DNA of 63,674 nucleotides, counting the filler, from Polymyxa betae A26-41 (lineage: Eukaryota > Protista > Endomyxa: Phytomyxea): the NCBI GenBank assembly GCA_003693705.1. It is 7 parts of 7 records of this genome, joined end to end, with 100 filler letters (N's around TTAATTAATTAA, not from the genome) between each part and the next. Parts side by side here need not be neighbours in the genome. Positions count along the whole stretch, not along the records: positions 24,032 to 42,298 come from RBZT01000367.1; 6 more parts are not named here. The stretch is one strand, 5' to 3'. The translations under genes and the position numbers were made by a program. How positions within the stretch are numbered: position 1 is the stretch's first letter; each line of letters starts with the position of its first letter. The notes below the pieces were generated by a model. The model was given only the letters and a program-made list of their open reading frames with translations, had not been told where the DNA came from and ran no database searches. Shown here piece after piece: positions 24,240 to 35,626 of the stretch.

Positions 24240-26663
24240 TGCCAGACTGAGAGACGCAAAATTATTATATTTATAGAATTTGAAAAGGCTATTTTTGCGG
24301 AATTCCGCAAGACGCAAAGAAGGGATTTTGTCCTCCGAGGTTAAATGACAAATACCTATTCGCTGGAAAGAAATTTTTGGTTATACAAAATATTCAATCA
24401 ACTTCTTCAGGTGTTAGTTACGTTAGTACTACATAGTAAAATTGAGTTTTTATTAAGTAGGTTAGGACTTTAGTTAGAACAAAGAGAGAATGCCGAAAAA
24501 AATCGTGGTTCATTAGGGTTTGAGGAAACAAAAAAATCCCTTCTTTTTACTTTTCAAAATCATTTCCAAAATCCCTGTTTTGTTTCGGCATTGCTGAGGA
24601 GCTATCCAGCATTGTCCTCCACTGGCCCAGATGTAAATGGTTTTGTAAAAATTCTGATGGTGTTTGTTGGGGTGGATTTCATTGACCTTGTTTTAGGAAT
24701 GGCCGACTTGATGTAACGGGCTTTTGTTGCGCTCTTATCCACATTCAAAATGTGTTTGTCGTTGTTTGCCCTTTACATGCAAGCGGAAGCGGATGCGGGG
24801 GCTGCGTCCAAAGCTTAAACTGATGCCAGCATCGCCAACCCGTCTGACCCACGCTTGCCCGCCCTGCGCGAAGCTCGCGACGACGCCGAAGCCAACGCTT
24901 ACCGCGCCGTTGCCGCACTACAGGCGGGCCCCGGTATGTTTGCCACATCTCACATAAATCGCACGCAATTATCTCCATATGTTCATCATCTTAATCGTTA
25001 TTTGAATCGACTAGTGTTCATGTTCATTATTTTCATTATTATTTGATACGAATCGCGTTTTGATTATTATATACATTACAAATCGTGTAACGGGGGTTTA
25101 AGACTCATTATCTAGAGGAAATTAAAATGGTTTACGACGTTATTTCCAAATTGTGTCGGAATATTGGTCATATTCCAGACGTCTAATTTTATGTTTTAGG
25201 TTTAATGGACTGGGAAATTAAGACTAATAACGCTCTTAATAGATTGGCCAAGATGACTTCTGCTTTCGTTTCACGTCGTCGTTTTTTAAATGGCGGTTAC
25301 TCGCACCTTGAATGCGATGATCCAGATAAAAAATCATTAATCGATTATTGTTGATGACTTCGATTTGATGTTCTCCATAACTCTTGGTATTGAAAATATC
25401 GTAGCGATATCATCGGCAGGAATCGCCTCGTCGCCAAAATGTCACTCCATCGCCATCGGATGCCAGACTGAGAGACGCAAAACTATTGTATTTTAGATTT
25501 TGAAATGACTATTTTTGCTGAATTTCGCAATCCGCAAAGAAGGGATTCTGTCCTCCGAGGCTAAATGGCAAACACGTATTTGCTGGAAATTCTTGGTTAT
25601 TCAATATATTCAATCAACTACTTCAGGGGTTAGTACTTTTTAGTAAAACTGAGTTTGTATTAAGTAGGTTAGGACTTCGGTTAGAACAAAGAGAGAATGC
25701 CGAAAAAACAATCGTGGTTCATTTGGGTTTTAGGAAATAAAAAACCCCTTCTTTTTACTTTTAAAAAATCACTGTTTATTTTCGGCATTGCTGATGAACT
25801 ATCCAGCAATGTCCTCCACTGGCCCAGATGTAAATGGTTTTGTGATAATTCTGATGGTGTTTGTTGGGGTGGATTTCATTGGCCTTGTTTTTGGAATGGC
25901 CGACTTGATGTGACGGGCTTTTTGTTGCGATCTTCATCCACATTCAAAGTGTCGTCGTCGTTTGCTGACCTCTGCAAACAAGCGCAAGCGGATGTGAAGG
26001 CTGCGTCCAAAGCCTACACTGATGCCAGCATCGCCAACCCGTCGGACCCGCGCTTGCCCGGCCTGCGCGAAGCTCGCACCGATGCCAAAGCCGACGCCGA
26101 CCGCGCCCTTGCCGCACTACAGGCGGGCCCCGGTATGTTTGCCAATTGCCACATCTTCTCACATAATTCGCACGCACTTATCTCCATATGTTCATCATCT
26201 TGATCGTTATTTGAAACGAATAATGTTCATGTTCATTATTTTCATTATTATTTGATACCAATCGCGTTTTGATTATTATATACATTACAAATCGTGTAAT
26301 GGCGGTTTAAGACTCATTTTCTAGAGGAAATTAAAATGGTTTACAACGTTATTTCCAAATTGTGTCGGAATATTGGTTATATTCCAGACGTCTAATTTGG
26401 CGTTTTAGGTTTAATGGACTGGGAAATTAAGACTATTAACGCTCTTAATAGATTGGCCGAGATGGCTTCTGCTTTTTTTTCAAGCCGTCGTGTTTCTAAT
26501 GGCGGCTACTCGTACCTTGAATGCGATAATCCAGATAAAAAATCATAAATCGACTATTGTTGGTGATCTCGATTTGATGTTCTTCTCCATAGCTCTTGGT
26601 ATTAACAATATCGTGGTGGAAATCAAAGGCAGGAATCGCCTCGTCGCCAAAATGTCACTCCAT
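24240..26663. repeat. Diverged tandem duplication of an approximately 1.2-kb unit (24240-25450 and 25461-26663)
   Basis: Both units start TGCCAGACTGAGAGACGCAAAA and end AATGTCACTCCAT; they give paired near-identical ORFs (24745/25944, 24855/26022). Confidence 0.92.
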
Positions 26664-26915
26664 TGGAATCGGCTTGAAATCAGGGACGTTTTCTAGACAA
26701 ACCACTTGGACGGTTGAAGTCTGATGACAATGGAATGTTGCCACGATGATTAGACTCTCCAAACTTCTGTCGCAACTGCTAAACGGTTGTCATGGAATCC
26801 ACAGACATCTATCTGGCAATCTGGAATGGTTTCGTTCGGTCGTAATTGGCAAGTGTTGTCATTCTCGCGAATATGTTAATTCGGAACTGAATTCATGCGA
26901 ATATTCAATGCCTAT

Positions 26916-27126
26916 AATCGAAGCCCCTCTTCAAGTTTTATTCCAATTAGGCAATTGTTTTATTCCAATTAGGCAATTGTTTTATTCCAATTAGGCAATT
27001 GTTTTATTCCAATTAGGCAATTGTTTTATTCCAATTAGGCAATTGTTTTATTCCAATTAGGCAATTGTTTTATTCCAATTAGGCAATTTGCCTAATTGGA
27101 ATAAAACTTGAAGAGGGGCTTCGATT
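26916..27126. repeat. 22-bp tandem array (about 7 copies) embedded in a 39-bp inverted repeat (fold-back)
   Basis: Unit TTTTATTCCAATTAGGCAATTG; arms 26916-26954 and 27088-27126 are exact reverse complements. Confidence 0.92.
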
Positions 27127-27162
27127 CCAGAGCAGTCGGTTCGGATTCTCAACATTACTAAT

Positions 27163-28578
27163 CGACCCTGCTACGCATACAACAGTTGTACACGTGAAGG
27201 TGCGTACAACAACTGCGCGCGGCCCCCTCCATTGTTGTACGCAGTCTATCTGTGCAATAACCCTGGCTGCTTCGTTTCTATTGGGGATAAACTGATAAAG
27301 CATCTATGTACTTTTTTGGAATGCTCATGCAAATCAGATTTTTATTGTCTTGTCTACGGTTCTAACAGTACCGGATCAGTGCTTTTGGCTCTCTTCCTCT
27401 GTCTTTCTGCCTGACTAACATATCGCTTTTGACCTGTTTTCGGTCGCCCTTTAGGTTTGACCTTCAGGGGGTTTCGAATGCGAGATGAATCAGAAACACT
27501 TTTCTCATGACAACCCTGTGTTATGTTGGCGATACTATCTATGGTTGTCAAGACAGAGCTGGAAGAGCTCTTTGCCATGTTAAATATACTTTCCGAAGCA
27601 ACTGCACGCGAAAGTAATATTTTAAAAATCGCAGCCTTCCGAAGCTTTGCAATTCAATAGCTTAAGAAAATTATGAGCTTCAGCTTGCCGGTCCAGAGTT
27701 TTTTGGAGTAAGTTCTGAACGTCTCGACGAGTCCATGTGACCTTTACTTCTGGAAAGAAGTCCTTCTCAATCAAAGTCATTATCTGAGAGCATTTTAAAA
27801 TCCCATGTTTGTTGAGCGCGACCATTTTTTCTTGGACGTCAGATGGAATAAAACGATTCTGAGTGAGCCCTTCAATCTCCTCCTTCTCAAAAAGCTCGTG
27901 GTTATGAGCGTTTGCTATGGAATATACTGTGTACGATTCTGACTGAGGAACTTGTGCTAGCTTGATTTTGAAAGGACAATTACATTTTACGCTTGACTTT
28001 TTCCTTTGAAATTCTTCGGGTACCACTGAGTCCTTTTGAATATAATTGCCGCCGCGAAAGCATGCAAGTTGTACGTATTTATGTTTGCGAACGCTCGATT
28101 GCTTAAGAGGGCATTTTGCGAATTTTGTGTATTCTATTCGAGCGGAATCATGAGAATTGAATGTTGCTCCGACAACAATGGTGCTCGAATCACAAACATG
28201 CTGAATTGCGCTCACTTCTGTTTGAAAACCTGAATCATTCGGCAGAAATGAGCAGTGAGGAGCATTAACTTCCACAGATGGATCGACAAAACCACTATTT
28301 TCGATGCCTTCAAGAGCGACGTTTGGGGAATTAGTACTGGAGCAATGGAAATATCAGTGTGATCCATCGATTGGTGCTGGTATTCATGAGGTATCTCGTC
28401 TGGATCGTCATTGAGTTCTCGAGAAAACAGGCTGGCAAGCCTGGAAAACATTCTCTCCTCGACAGCAAATGAAGGCGAGGGTGTTGCACAGATAGACTGC
28501 GTACAACAATGGAGGGGGCCGCGCGCAGTTGTTGTACGCACCTTCTCGTGTACAACTGTTGTATGCGTAGCAGGGTCG
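27163..28578 (-). mobile_element. Internally deleted Mutator-like element (MULE), 1416 bp, about 100-bp TIRs, 9-bp TSD
   Basis: TIRs begin CGACCCTGCTACGCATACAACAGTTGTACAC; ATTACTAAT at 27154-27162 and 28579-28587. FAR1-like ORF (LACFRGG..SVKCNCPFKI..AHNHEL) and C-terminal IRNPLKVKPKGRPK are present; the DDE core is missing. Confidence 0.92.
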
Positions 28579-29155
28579 ATTACTAATTGCTGATTGGTTG
28601 ATTCTTGGATAATTACTGGATCATGCCCGCGACGTCAAAAATCTCAATGAGATAAAAACTATTCCAACAAACTGAAATGTTTCAATACTAATGGCACGTA
28701 AAATAGTTCGAGCACAATACTCCACCGAATACTATTTTGACGTCCCTCGGGACATTGACCTTGAAGGTCAAGAGTTGGGGTGTCAAATGGAATATTCTCT
28801 TTATTTGACCTCGTTAATGGAGGACGCGGGAAATTAACCGAATGAGAACGAGGCCCTAAAATGGCCGGAATGGACCGAAATTGACGATTATGCAAATGTA
28901 TATGGTGATTAAACCAAACCCTAAAACCCTTAACTCTAAAAACAACATTATTTCAATAACAATGAGTAATGAATGACTACCACTTTTGGCAACGAATACA
29001 AACATGAGTTCGGACTACCATGAAATAGAGATTCAACATGAAAGGAACCGTCTGTTTGTGTCATCATCAGTACAAGACAATCAGGGCCGTCCTCGCCCCC
29101 GAATGGGGTATTGGTGGGTTGAAAGTTGAAATAACGAATCCTTTAGTCCAACGTT

Positions 29156-29685
29156 AAAATTGGCCTACGGCCTAATCTCCGTGGGCGCAGTTTTCGATTA
29201 CAATTGGCCTAAAAATGGCCTAATCTGGCCCAAATGGCCTAAAAATGGCCTAAAGCTCACAGAATATCAATAACCCTACTCTATAGCTGTTCGTTGCCAG
29301 TTTCCAGCTGGCATGGGCAGGGCCCATCTCAAAGTGATTGTCAGTCTTTGTGGAGCTCCCAGGTGGAATTCATGACAGCTCCGATCTTACGAGTTGCAAC
29401 AGTAATAAACTTTGAGTAGACAACACAATATCTACACAGCTTTAATAACAGCACTTGGGGGTCAGACAGCATAAGTCGCTACACATCCCTAAAAATAATG
29501 TGTTTATATCTACACTAGATCATCATATCAAAAAATTGTCAGCCAATCTGCAATCGTGCATTGAACTGGCGTTAGGCCATTTTTAGGCCATTTGGGCCAG
29601 ATTAGGCCATTTTTAGGCCAATTGTCAAGGAAAACTGAGCCCACGGAGATTAGGCCATTTTTAGGTCGTAGGCCAATTTTAGGCC
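29156..29685. mobile_element. MITE-like non-autonomous element with about 100-bp imperfect inverted arms rich in GGCCTAA subrepeats
   Basis: AATTGGCCTAAAAATGGCCTAATCTGGCCCAAATGGCCTAAAAATGGCCTAA (about 29202-29253) is mirrored at 29572-29625; CTAATCTCCGTGGGC is mirrored at about 29639-29653. TSD not identified. Confidence 0.7.
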
Positions 29686-30523
29686 AAATTCCATTCTCCC
29701 TTTGCCGGATCCCAAAAGGAATCGTGGTTTGGCACGATTTGTTCGCTACCTGAGAGACGCTTTGAAACGTTTTGAATCAAGAAGTCAAACCGATACGTTA
29801 ATGAAAGTCGTAGAACCGGATGACATCAGAACCAGACGGATTTTTGGTTTCCAAAAGGTAATACGATCTCATCGGTAACACGATCGAATGCCTGAGCAGT
29901 CCTTTCTTTAGATTGCTCATTTGGCAGATTCCAAGTTCGATCACGCATGGTGAATTGCTCAGTTTGAAGACGAACACGAGGAACGATACGAAAACAGAAA
30001 GCGACGTGATGCTCCAAGAAAAAAAAACGATCTCCATAACGCCGCCTGTTGATACTTGATGAAAATCAACGAACTAGTCAAATCCAATCCAAAAAATCGA
30101 CAATTGTAGAGCGTACAAAGCAGACAAAGCATATTTACAAACGTTGAAATAAAAGAGCATCGGAAAAGATTCCCTCCAAATCACCGAGATCAAAAATAGC
30201 AAGTTTGGGTGGGTGCGACTGTACACACTGATTAAAGTGTCGCTGGCGATACAGATTCGCCACGGCCGCCGTTACCCGACACGCAAATCCCGCCCCGGTA
30301 ATGACGATTCGCCGGCCGATCGTACTGGCCCTGTCCAATGTGTGTGTGAAGATGATGGAGCCGTCGCGTTCCAACGCGTTTCCGTTTCCGCTTAAAATCA
30401 CAGCAACGTGTTACGACCGGCGTTTGTCGCTGGGAAGGATCTCTTCATCGGGCAGGCATACAGGCCCAGTTCCTCTAATGCAGAATCGAGGGAAATACTT
30501 TCGGAGATAATTCAGCCCAGCGG

Positions 30524-31330
30524 CTATACCTCACAGCCAGTTTTCGTTGCTTTGCGCAAAAATTTCGCCATTCTTTGGCTATGTGTCCATAGAGCGTCGT
30601 GAGAATTTTGTATTTTTGCTGCTCTGTATTTTGCCAGATGCTTAAATAGCGAGCGTTTCAGTTTTGAGCATTTGATCAGCAGGCGTTCGAGTGATTCGCG
30701 CTTTCGTAAACAAAATCGGCATTTATCGTTGGATTCGATGCCCAAGTTTTTCAAATGGGCTTTTCATCTGGTGTGACCATTACGTGCTCTATTTAATAGA
30801 GGTCTGTTGTGTTGAATTTTTATAAATATTCTCTCGGATTGCGTTTGCACAATATATTTTTCGATCGTGAATGGATATCTCTTTAAATGATCATTGAATT
30901 GACTCGATTCAACATTTGTATGAAGATATCTCTGTAATCTAGCTCGGGCATGTTTCTTCAAATGTAACCGATATGAGCTTAGTAAAGGATCGTGTTTTGT
31001 TGGATCCCCAGATTGTGCGGCGTCCTTTGCGAATTCGTCGATCGTGTTGCTTTCCGGGATCGCCGGCTCGGTAGTGCAGTGGCACAGTGTGATTTCGGGC
31101 CAGTTGGGCAAGATTCTTCGCGCAGTCTTTAACAACTGCGTGAACTTTTTATATGGGAGTGTTGCAAGCTGTTTGTAACAGGATAGAGAGTCGCTAAAGA
31201 CCGGAATTTTCTGGGTTTTCAGCCGTAGCCGCTTGTTAACGTCTGCGATCCCATACTGGAGGGCAAAGATTTCTGTCTCATAGCTTGATGTAGCGTCTGC
31301 GATGAGAATCCTCTCACAGACCTCGATTGA
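30524..31330 (-). mobile_element. Non-LTR retrotransposon 3' fragment (RNase H plus degenerate zinc knuckle)
   Basis: SSYETEIFAL, VFSDSLS and SNTIDEFAKDAA (RNase H E/D/D motifs), then CRFCLRKRESLERLLIKC after a frameshift. Confidence 0.75.
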
Positions 31331-32033
31331 GGAAGAAACTTTATTGGTTTCAGGGTCAACAGTAATGTTGAGACGGTACGACCGAACATTTGACTTCGAT
31401 TATTCGCATCATCGAGTCAAAACCGTTAAAAACAAGAAAAGAACAATTTGACAGAACAAAGTTTTGAATGGTTGATTGTGACAAAAAGGGCTCGATTGAT
31501 ATCTTGACCAGCGGCAGTTAAGGCTGTGGCATTTCGGTGCTGAAAGCTGTCAGGAGAAATGTTTGGGAAATTGCTGGAGAATAGCGCGTAGAGCGACGGA
31601 GACCGTCGCGGTCTCCGTCATCACTCAGCAGGCAGTTTTTGCATTGAATCTCGTCTCTATCACTGACCTTTGCCACTACAAGTCATTGGATCATATTCAC
31701 TCTATTTGCCATTTCGAGCTCGATTCTAATTTCCACTTCCGTCTCCATGGACCAGATGCGAGACAGTTCTCATTGAGAATGAACAGCTGTGTAGGGAAGG
31801 GCAATGCTCCCTGACTAACGAACTGTTGAGAACAAGCTGATAGATTGCTTCCCTTAGCAGGAAATCGTTGTTAGACGGGAGAGGGTTTTGAACTGGAATG
31901 TGTTTGAAGAAGTGTTTTATTTGATAGCATGCAAGCGGAAGACAATGCTTCCGGTTGAATTAGCTTGAGTCAACGCTATTGATATCTCGAGCTTGATCTA
32001 ACAGCGCTCATATGCTAACAAATCGTGTGAGTT

Positions 32034-32105
32034 GCTGCCGTGACGCAATGGTCAGCGTGTTAGTCTTCGGAACTGGAGGTCCGGGTTCGAGTCCCGGCGG
32101 TGGTA
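32034..32105 (+). tRNA. tRNA-Arg, anticodon TCG
   Basis: Cloverleaf: acceptor GCTGCCG/CGGTGGT; D stem ACGC/GCGT; anticodon stem TTAGT/ACTGG with loop CT-TCG-GA; T arm CCGGG-TTCGAGT-CCCGG; T-rich Pol III terminator follows. Confidence 0.85.
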
Positions 32106-32387
32106 TTTCTTTTGTCGCTCATTTTTTTGTGGTCTCTGATTCTGACTCCTTCGTGCAAATGGCGTCCCGAAAACGGACCGCGGCGTCGTACTGCCCCTAG
32201 GTTGCGAAGCGATGCGTTTTCGATGGGTAATGAATGATACTCTGACGGACCGCGTGCGGCGTGGATGGTCACGAAGCCGGTGTTCCCGGTCCTGGACCGA
32301 ACAGCGCCAGGACCAGCACGACGAGCATAATACGAATGGTAGAGACGGAATCCGGGGTTTATTGAGATCGGGTATCTTGGAGATGCT

Positions 32388-32600
32388 TTAATCAACGCAT
32401 TCGCATGGAGGCGGGAATCTGCATAATACACAGATATAAAGAGCATCGGGATCGGAGGCCTCGACCGCAGCGGCGATTTGTTGGGGAACGGACAGGGGCA
32501 GCTCGACGCTGGAACCTAGCGGAGCGGGCTGCTGCTGAGCGCAGGCGGGCCCCAGGACCCCGAACATGATCACAAACAGAACCGCCGCCGATACCTTCAT
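32388..32600 (-). CDS. Small putative secreted protein (about 70 aa, Cys-containing C-terminus)
   Basis: MKVSAAVLFVIMFGVLGPACA signal-peptide-like; ends ICVLCRFPPPCECVD. The 3' structure is uncertain. Confidence 0.4.
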   Translation of the reverse strand: MKVSAAVLFVIMFGVLGPACAQQQPAPLGSSVELPLSVPQQIAAAVEASDPDALYICVLCRFPPPCECVD

Positions 32601-32938
32601 CACGTAGGGCAGAGATGGCGATGAAGAATATGAGATCTGTCTCGGCGGAAGTTCCAGCTTCTGGAGGGTTGCGTCCACTGTATTCCGCTCTTCGAACACT
32701 GAAACAATGTTGTTTCAATGCCAGTTGCGCAGATCTGCGTCAAGTGACCGTGATTGACCAGAGAATTGTTGGAGTTCGAAAGTGCGGAACTTTGGCCGTG
32801 TCGCACTTTTGGATTTAGGCGCATTTTTGGCGACTATGAATTTGACCACTAACGGTACCAAAGCTCTACGCTCTAATCCGCGCACTTTTCCCAATCCAAA
32901 AAGATTTTAAACCTCTACTATGGGACCCCGTTCCTTAA

Positions 32939-33921
32939 GAAGCTCCTTTTTTTGACCAATATTTTTGATCAATGCTCAATAAAATGATCAAGTCCGTACA
33001 GACGCAATTTTCAATAGAATTCTGAAATATATGTTGTTTATGATCAAGCTTTCTGGAGTTCAGCTTTGCCAGTATAGCCTTGATAGGTCAGGGTTTGTCA
33101 GACCAATCATAGAATCCTGAGTTTAAAGACCACGCGCCCCATTTCGGCATGCACTCAAGGGTATCGTAATCGTTCTCGATGGCGGCGATCTCATCTTCTA
33201 CCGCATTGATTTGCTTATCTAATCTTCCAAGTTAAAAACTATAGATAAAATAATGTGGATAATATCGGTCCTAATGGGTGGTTAGAGTACGTTCATTAGA
33301 GTCACCTCTGCAAATTCTGCTCTCAGAAATTCCGATGATTGAGGTTTCGTCAATTTCTATGAAAGCAATCAACAAGGAGCAAAAATTGACATAATCCATA
33401 GTTTCAAAGATATACACTTCTTTATTAAACAATAATTCAAAGAATAATATCAGACAACATCTTACTGCGCGAAATTACAAAATCAACCCAAAGTTATTGC
33501 TCAAACATGCATGAAATAATACAAGACTTGCTGACTAGATCTGCAATACAAGTTATTTGATATCTAGCCTGACGAAATCGTGACCGAGATTGCTGACAAT
33601 ATAATATGTATTCTGAAGCGAAGGCAGAATCGAACGGCGGGACAAGTTCTGAGATCGCTATAAGTACCAGCACTACAACGAATCTGCTATCAACGATATC
33701 GGCTGTGAATGGCCAAGCATGGCAGTTGCCCACTTCATGAAGGCCGATAAAATACTTTCACGAGGTGACCAATCAAGGCTATACTGGAGGAAGCTGAACT
33801 CCAGAAAGTTTGATCATAAAATATATATATTTCAGGATTATATTGAAAATTGCGCCGGTACGGACTTGATCATTTTATTGATCATTGATCAAAAAATTGG
33901 TCATTTTAAGGAATCCCTTCC
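32939..33921. mobile_element. Non-autonomous DNA transposon with about 150-bp imperfect TIRs
   Basis: 32939-33090 is the imperfect reverse complement of 33766-33921 (e.g. TCAATAAAATGATCAAGTCCGTAC, CTTTCTGGAGTTCAGCTT, CCAGTATAGCCTTGAT); TTAA flanks both sides. Confidence 0.8.
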
Positions 33922-35160
33922 TTAAGACGCAGTGTTTTGGCGACTCGACCAGAATAAGCTGAGCGGACATTTTTTTGAAATTCAGCTAAGTTGTAAATTT
34001 ATGCGTCACTATCGGTAATCTATGGATTACCCACCCGGTTTTTAATCGACTTGGGATCATCTGCAGCCGAGCTGTCATCGTTACAATGCTTTTGTATCAT
34101 CGTCGCAAGCACTGCTGAACGTGCAGATGACAGAGGCGATCCACCACATTTACACCCAGGCTAACGACCTGAGTAATACCACTAAAACGCTATCATTCAA
34201 AGCAGGACGAATTTTAACGGTTGAAATTGCATCAGTTTCTTGTCGAGGAAGTAATCGGCGGTTTTTCGAGAAAACGAGGCCGGGGTGGCGATTCAGTCAG
34301 CGAAATTTTCGGCAAATTATCTGTCGAAGCGTTTCTTCATCGGCAATTGTCGATCTATATACGCATCAGCGTCGATTGGGGATAAAGTCGTCTCCTGATT
34401 CAAGGGATGAAAGTGTCCAGGATGTTGTTCGCAGTATAGCTGATAGAGGCTGTGACCTCTGTTTGAGGAATTTGGTCACGTTCTGTCTATGGCATTAGGC
34501 CATTCTGCGAGGGGAATCTGCCGTAATATGGGAATCTGCCATAATATTGGAGTTCCCAGATTTACACAGCGTGCGTCTGGAGAACGAAGGATTTGGCAAT
34601 CGTTACGCGTTAGTCTGAGTTCTGCAGCAAGGCAAAATGAGCCAATTTGGTCGAATAGAAAATCGGCTTGTTTAAGAGTAAAATTGGCAGTATGTCGTGG
34701 GCGTTTTGACCAATACCAAAACCCCCAAAAATTGATTTTCCCCAATCCTACGCAAAAACTCATTTGTCCTTTTTCCAAGTTCACTTCTCATCAATATCAG
34801 CAAAATATCATGATATTGTATTGTTTAAAACCGAAATAATTTCAAACGTCAAAATATAGTGTCGCTCTTTGGAGAAAAGTTTCAAAACACTTCCGAGAGA
34901 GAAGGCGAAGATATAAAGATGAGATTGAGTACTTCAGAAACAAAGAAATGGAAAGATTAGAAAAGTCAACTTTATAAGTATGAAGATTTTCCAGCGCCAT
35001 TAAAAATCCAGAAAACTTATCAGAAACAACAATTCAACACCATCACATTATATTGCCAAACAAAAACAGTTTTTAGTATCAAACTACTTTCATTAGCAAA
35101 TCGTTCTCATTTAGCTTAGCTTTGAGACGCCGCGGATTTGTTCCGAGAACAACATTGCGT

Positions 35161-35626
35161 TCAAAAACGGCACCAACGAGCTCCTGAAAGATTTGACAGA
35201 AGGGATTCCGCCAACTGCCGAAAAATGTCTTTCTCTTCGACGAGCATAAACGGCTCGTTAGTAAGGTCGTTCATCTCGCGCAGGATCGCCACTCCTTTGT
35301 TCAATGCGGAGATGGAGGTCGCATTGAATGCAAAAGCGCGCTCAATCAAAGAGTCCATCCGCTGTTCGACCGCTGCGCGGCGTTCATGAATGCGGCCAAG
35401 AGATTCTTGAATCTCAGCTATTTTATTCAATACATCATCGTTAATGTAGAATTTGATGAACATGGAGGAAAACTGCGTCACCAATGACTACAAATAACAT
35501 GAAAATATTATCAAGGAAACGTAAATGGTCTGAATAAACGTAATACTGGAACGTTAACCGAGCATGGACAAACAACAGAAAACCCAAAAGTATCAATATC
35601 AAATGAGAAGAGTTTCGATTCACCAA
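35161..35626 (-). CDS. Hypothetical protein, possibly secreted and coiled-coil
   Basis: Hydrophobic start HLILILLGFLLFVHA, then helical ORF 35161-35484; no family recognised. Confidence 0.3.

Noticed and set aside
26936-27088. 22-bp repeats as a CRISPR or iteron array
   Set aside because: No spacers, eukaryotic context, no cas or rep gene.
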